A DNA stretch of 56,546 bases from a virus. Taxonomy: Duplodnaviria > Caudoviricetes. Shown in pieces: positions 54,801 through 56,546 of this stretch. The translations under genes were made by a program, and so were the position numbers. Position 1 is the stretch's first letter. Each line of letters opens with the position of its first letter. The stretch spans positions 1 through 56,546 of the IMG/VR virus record IMGVR_UViG_3300025030_000128. One strand, 5' to 3'. The notes beneath the pieces are model-generated. The model did not search any database. It saw only the letters and a program-made list of their open reading frames with translations, and had not been told where the DNA came from.

Positions 54801-56546
54801 GTTGGCCGATCTCTTTACTGAGGTCTTCACTCAGACCGAGTTTTACAACGAGCTGGCCAAGACCATCCCGGGACGGACGATGGCCCAGAAAATCATCGGC
54901 CGCCTGGTCAATCTGGTCGCAAAGGTGCTTAAGTCGATTGACGGCAAGGCACGGTGGGGCTACGAAGAGATTCAGTTGCTCGGTCCTTCCCAGATGTCTC
55001 AGATTCTTTCTCTGGTTTCCGATCTCATGTCGTCCCTCGGGGGGGAGAAATATTCAGGCGAGCGCTACTTCATGCGGCTGCCGGAGAAGGGCGAAGCGGT
55101 TCCTCTGCCGTTCACCGGCCCGCTCGGCATGCCCAAGTGGTCGGATATCTTTCCCAAGGGAAGTAAAGCCCATACCGTCATTCTCGACGCCATTGAGCAA
55201 CTGGCCAAAGATTCAAAGAAAGCCCTGGGCCGACTGGCCCGAGTGATCATGGCCGACGTCGGGGCCGAGAAGAAGGTGCAGGATCTTGCCTATGCCCTGG
55301 CCTACACCGCCAATCAAAAGCTCGACTTTCTGGAAGCGACCGTTCTTGACAAACACAAGGACACCTTCGACAACTGGGTGGGTGAACGGATTCAGAAGGT
55401 CAAGGCTCAGGCCGATGCCGATCTCAAGGCGGGCAAGCTGAAACAGAGCTCCTATGACAAGGTCATGGAGGCCAATAAGCGCGAGTTCTACTTCGAATCG
55501 ATGCACGACGACTTCGTCCGCCGGCCGGATCCGAACCGCATTCGTCAATACCCTCAGACGGTCCGGGACGCCTTCGCCGACTTTAAGGAAGTGGCTGACG
55601 ACATCCACGCCGAACTGGTCAAGCTCGATCCGGAGATGGCCGAGCAATACCGGGAAACCCATCAGCTGCAGACGATCCGCTGGCAGAGCAAGGGGGCCCT
55701 TCCCTTTGACGACAGCTTTGCCTCTCTCTCCGCGCGGTCGAAGCTGGAAGGCGACAAGAACTTTCTCAAGACCAAAGACACCGAGCGGACCACCGCCGAG
55801 ATCCGCAAGGACGGTTTCGAGTACGACACCATCCATCCGCTTCAGATGGCGCGCAACTACATCCATGACGCCTACAAGCTCATCGCTTTCCGGGAGATGA
55901 TTCAGAACGCCTACCAGACCGATGTTGAGTTTGAGGTCCTGGGGAAAGACGGCAAGCGCACCACCGTCAAGAAAGAAGCCGCCAAGATTTTCGCCAACAC
56001 CTTCCAGGCTAACAAAGAAGGCTATCGCCCGGTCAACGACAACGCCACTCAGATCCTCATGGGACTGAATGGCGGCATTGGTTACCGGGTCAAAACCGAC
56101 CAGGGCTATCTGCGGGAAGACGGCGTTGAGATGGTCTTCGGGACGGAACATGAAGCCAACCAGAAAGCGATCTCGCACCGTCAACTCTTTGGCGGAGCTG
56201 CAAAGGTCGAAGCACAGCGCGGACAGAAGAAGGTGACCGAAGGACCCGGTTTCGTTGTCACGCATATCGGCAAGAATGGCGAACGAATCACCGGGAAGCG
56301 CTTTGACGCCGCCGCTGCCGCCCGCGAATATGCCGACAGTCTTGGTGAAGGGTACTTGGTGGAAAAGGAACTGATCGGCGCCGACTCGGTGCCGGTGGCG
56401 CGCATCTACTTCCACCCCGACCTGGCCCGGATGATCAACCGATTGACGGCAACCAACCATCTTCTTTCAGGATCCACTGGGAAGTATTTCGGGCGGCCGT
56501 TCATGGCGGTAAAGAACTACATGACCAAAATGGTCTTTGCGGTCTC
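48841..56546 (+). CDS. Giant internal-virion polyvalent protein, N-terminal ~2568 aa (GGDEF-like and HExxH peptidase domains); runs off the window end
   Basis: ATG 48841 after GGAG. The ORF track lists no terminated ORF in this frame, consistent with an open frame to the end. Contains FDDIP repeats, DPLSG/RNGGDEG and HELFH..EEMLAD. Confidence 0.85.
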   Translation, partial: MGMFDDIPDEPTVSSSQPASSQTMSSGLFDDIPDVPEVEDAPTSADGSTMGDFFRDLPNAAIRTAQSIPVGVRKTAGAIGVLGADLGLRPGDSGGEDGPVVMTPEESRQELRQADAESQQLQRDYPTKTELGGLVAGAGESIAYMAPMLPAGPGAAVAGMAGRTAIDTYGEARELEGKSVQNAGIEAVVSGTAEGALEMAPTAMLFDLFGKSANKSLAGKLVKYFAAEQVTEVPTTLIQNAADIYTSNDPQAEEKAMQYALDYRDSILGGFAETPDITVDGRKYNAYNDMVQTMKQTAVQAGLMGAPAAGLRGVHKLAIGEAGRAQERVDKEAYDALSKPDRKQYDAAVEEQAAGRSLNRMFGRSNEIERRDIDLLNPEAEFDVEAYLRGEQNDLSESELPLSGNETGTPLQEVRTQTAGVDSPVVPPVPIPPVELVAPQTSPMPLQPAIVPWQMAVPPPAEEIAPEVLPTQTQPLQEEPTNAMPTVSGASEAGQSMPELREGGSTIGEATDAEGNETVFVTQPGPRLRPATEEEIEEFAELMREAGVKEGSDSWNKMLASKTNGIKIRAIDPLSGYQGRSEFGLALPKIWERHVEGVPVTITEFDIVNLGGLNENIGEPEANKVLTDIYKIFSDTLVSFGIKDAQLFRNGGDEGQAVSTAPKELQVQAVAEAKKRIDAYVKEKGLEKTFGKTAKGQPKNTTEIGTGIYHATESFSDWPNLQDAIDAVKLGVNEAKRAEKGLDDGRTSIERPGTVRAEGQPASTEGGDVQDAPGAGVPPAQNSSTNLYSGIPLPELKKLAGNLKAAYPHLLNLGSQVYQAGHTTLDQFKKEMQRVLGDLYRSFKDAMIRVFNDVRARLKDERGVVGRDINELRKDEASADQVSPKDMTDDDVQVEDTREARVLFVGLELSKAKRQIENDQLWESTVDKLRYLYRVVPDKDLREKITEMANLYIKALAPGKTFGSIEDKEREAAKQRIAERKAKDGATESVDRIIKIPKKNESPELAKKDEADADQVTPKKMTDEERKVMHERLFDEQYRARREENEDQIEETVDFTDEAPIKDSRDYEDNFFPSGKEFFPSRSSGVQDKAKQAQVRELKDSQGMQMAQDDDAKLRKIRPMTMMESEVVRSNDALASAGQNIEKRERAAAKNNATADAFQEKFWQAQKDALTYAAKELARNPLMTTAEKGRQTLMQIIGNDLAQLAETFYAADLIAFIEKSKNGGQLATLTGYPDALTELLDYQERYYASDVNQTSEEATDEEAENAPRSIADRKAVNAEYEAERKEEVQEEDVDTVSKEELSAHREKRDAEEKATAKKEGKQKRAERSYARQRFDKAGLALFKKKDTANQQLISENWKGFFLGVADHIFSGKVNELKDVDHALIAHKMVGTKKVTKEFRDLYMHGDRSKAIEIVKEMMEHSILLLPFEKEMTSDLYRGEVELPARVQPKEKFAPVYTKHDAFIDSHWDALDKILKDIVLSSGKNQAAPKHRQELPGGRPGGQVYVWSVMRKDSPLNLSEAMNRLFDKTDYDGATRQSIFDEMLHRSGLTALKGSTYPVSEFAESKYAEGAMQPVELNPVDQTEETRLREVAGVKVNEDGKLLNYDFGNDIIDMIRDVVYSDLGNQIAEERGFPSRDAYVKHLAQRFNTGWPKVKNHKESDAIKKKRGQARELFYKEDLPLIKAARMERQYRDKNLLDKDFFEKIVALAPEAEMSAEEAYGIWIRRGNYGAIYAEVRRRAEENLQAKADKNFAVLKELRSKGARAIAESILTPAQQKQYGLARSSMEKGKPNFKGIDTKDRSALVAAFQIEQDLLAGREAELADLKLDHGYPVQAEDVFQRDLDNIFAEEANIGGLKVGKLRNEAAQKFYQAVAKAFGAELVVVSDPFYRSRYIGSTEGQSKIVVNVQESKQIEKLFAHELFHHVVNRADPAAYREFVRAVKLVVGQEKWDAAQARLLRPDSLSEMSMSEAVDEVLRDPNNEALDEEMLADLFTEVFTQTEFYNELAKTIPGRTMAQKIIGRLVNLVAKVLKSIDGKARWGYEEIQLLGPSQMSQILSLVSDLMSSLGGEKYSGERYFMRLPEKGEAVPLPFTGPLGMPKWSDIFPKGSKAHTVILDAIEQLAKDSKKALGRLARVIMADVGAEKKVQDLAYALAYTANQKLDFLEATVLDKHKDTFDNWVGERIQKVKAQADADLKAGKLKQSSYDKVMEANKREFYFESMHDDFVRRPDPNRIRQYPQTVRDAFADFKEVADDIHAELVKLDPEMAEQYRETHQLQTIRWQSKGALPFDDSFASLSARSKLEGDKNFLKTKDTERTTAEIRKDGFEYDTIHPLQMARNYIHDAYKLIAFREMIQNAYQTDVEFEVLGKDGKRTTVKKEAAKIFANTFQANKEGYRPVNDNATQILMGLNGGIGYRVKTDQGYLREDGVEMVFGTEHEANQKAISHRQLFGGAAKVEAQRGQKKVTEGPGFVVTHIGKNGERITGKRFDAAAAAREYADSLGEGYLVEKELIGADSVPVARIYFHPDLARMINRLTATNHLLSGSTGKYFGRPFMAVKNYMTKMVFAV

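Noticed and set aside
1-56546. Integron integrase, prophage integrase or CI-type repressor
   Set aside because: No ORF shows recognisable tyrosine-recombinase (R...HxxR...Y) or serine-recombinase motifs, or an HTH-S24 architecture. A very divergent one cannot be excluded without an HMM search.

Overview
This window looks like an essentially complete, circularly permuted ~56.5 kb tailed-phage genome with a podovirus-like layout (no tape measure, sheath or tube genes; several internal ejection proteins). A minus-strand early/replication arm (~1.9-22.4 kb) encodes RuvC, a Cas4-like nuclease, a PAPS-reductase-like enzyme, an HNH endonuclease, a dATP/dGTP diphosphohydrolase, a primase-type Zn finger, an SF4 helicase, a replication initiator, an SSB-like protein, DUF932 and an SGNH lipoprotein. 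A plus-strand arm (22.8-56.5 kb) encodes the terminases, portal, scaffold, capsid, lysis, tail and ejection proteins. It ends in a giant ORF (48841 to the window end, absent from the ORF track) that joins in frame to 1..1852 if the window is circularised (~3185 aa) and contains a divergent GGDEF domain and an HExxH peptidase. The main finding is two arrays of integron-type gene cassettes (about 8 attC-like sites plus half-sites and a remnant) in the early region with no integron integrase. All cassette ORFs are inverted relative to attC polarity, and the cargo includes a Tad2/DUF2829-like anti-defence sponge and a MazG-like pyrophosphatase. All family calls come from motif recognition by eye; no database searches were run.
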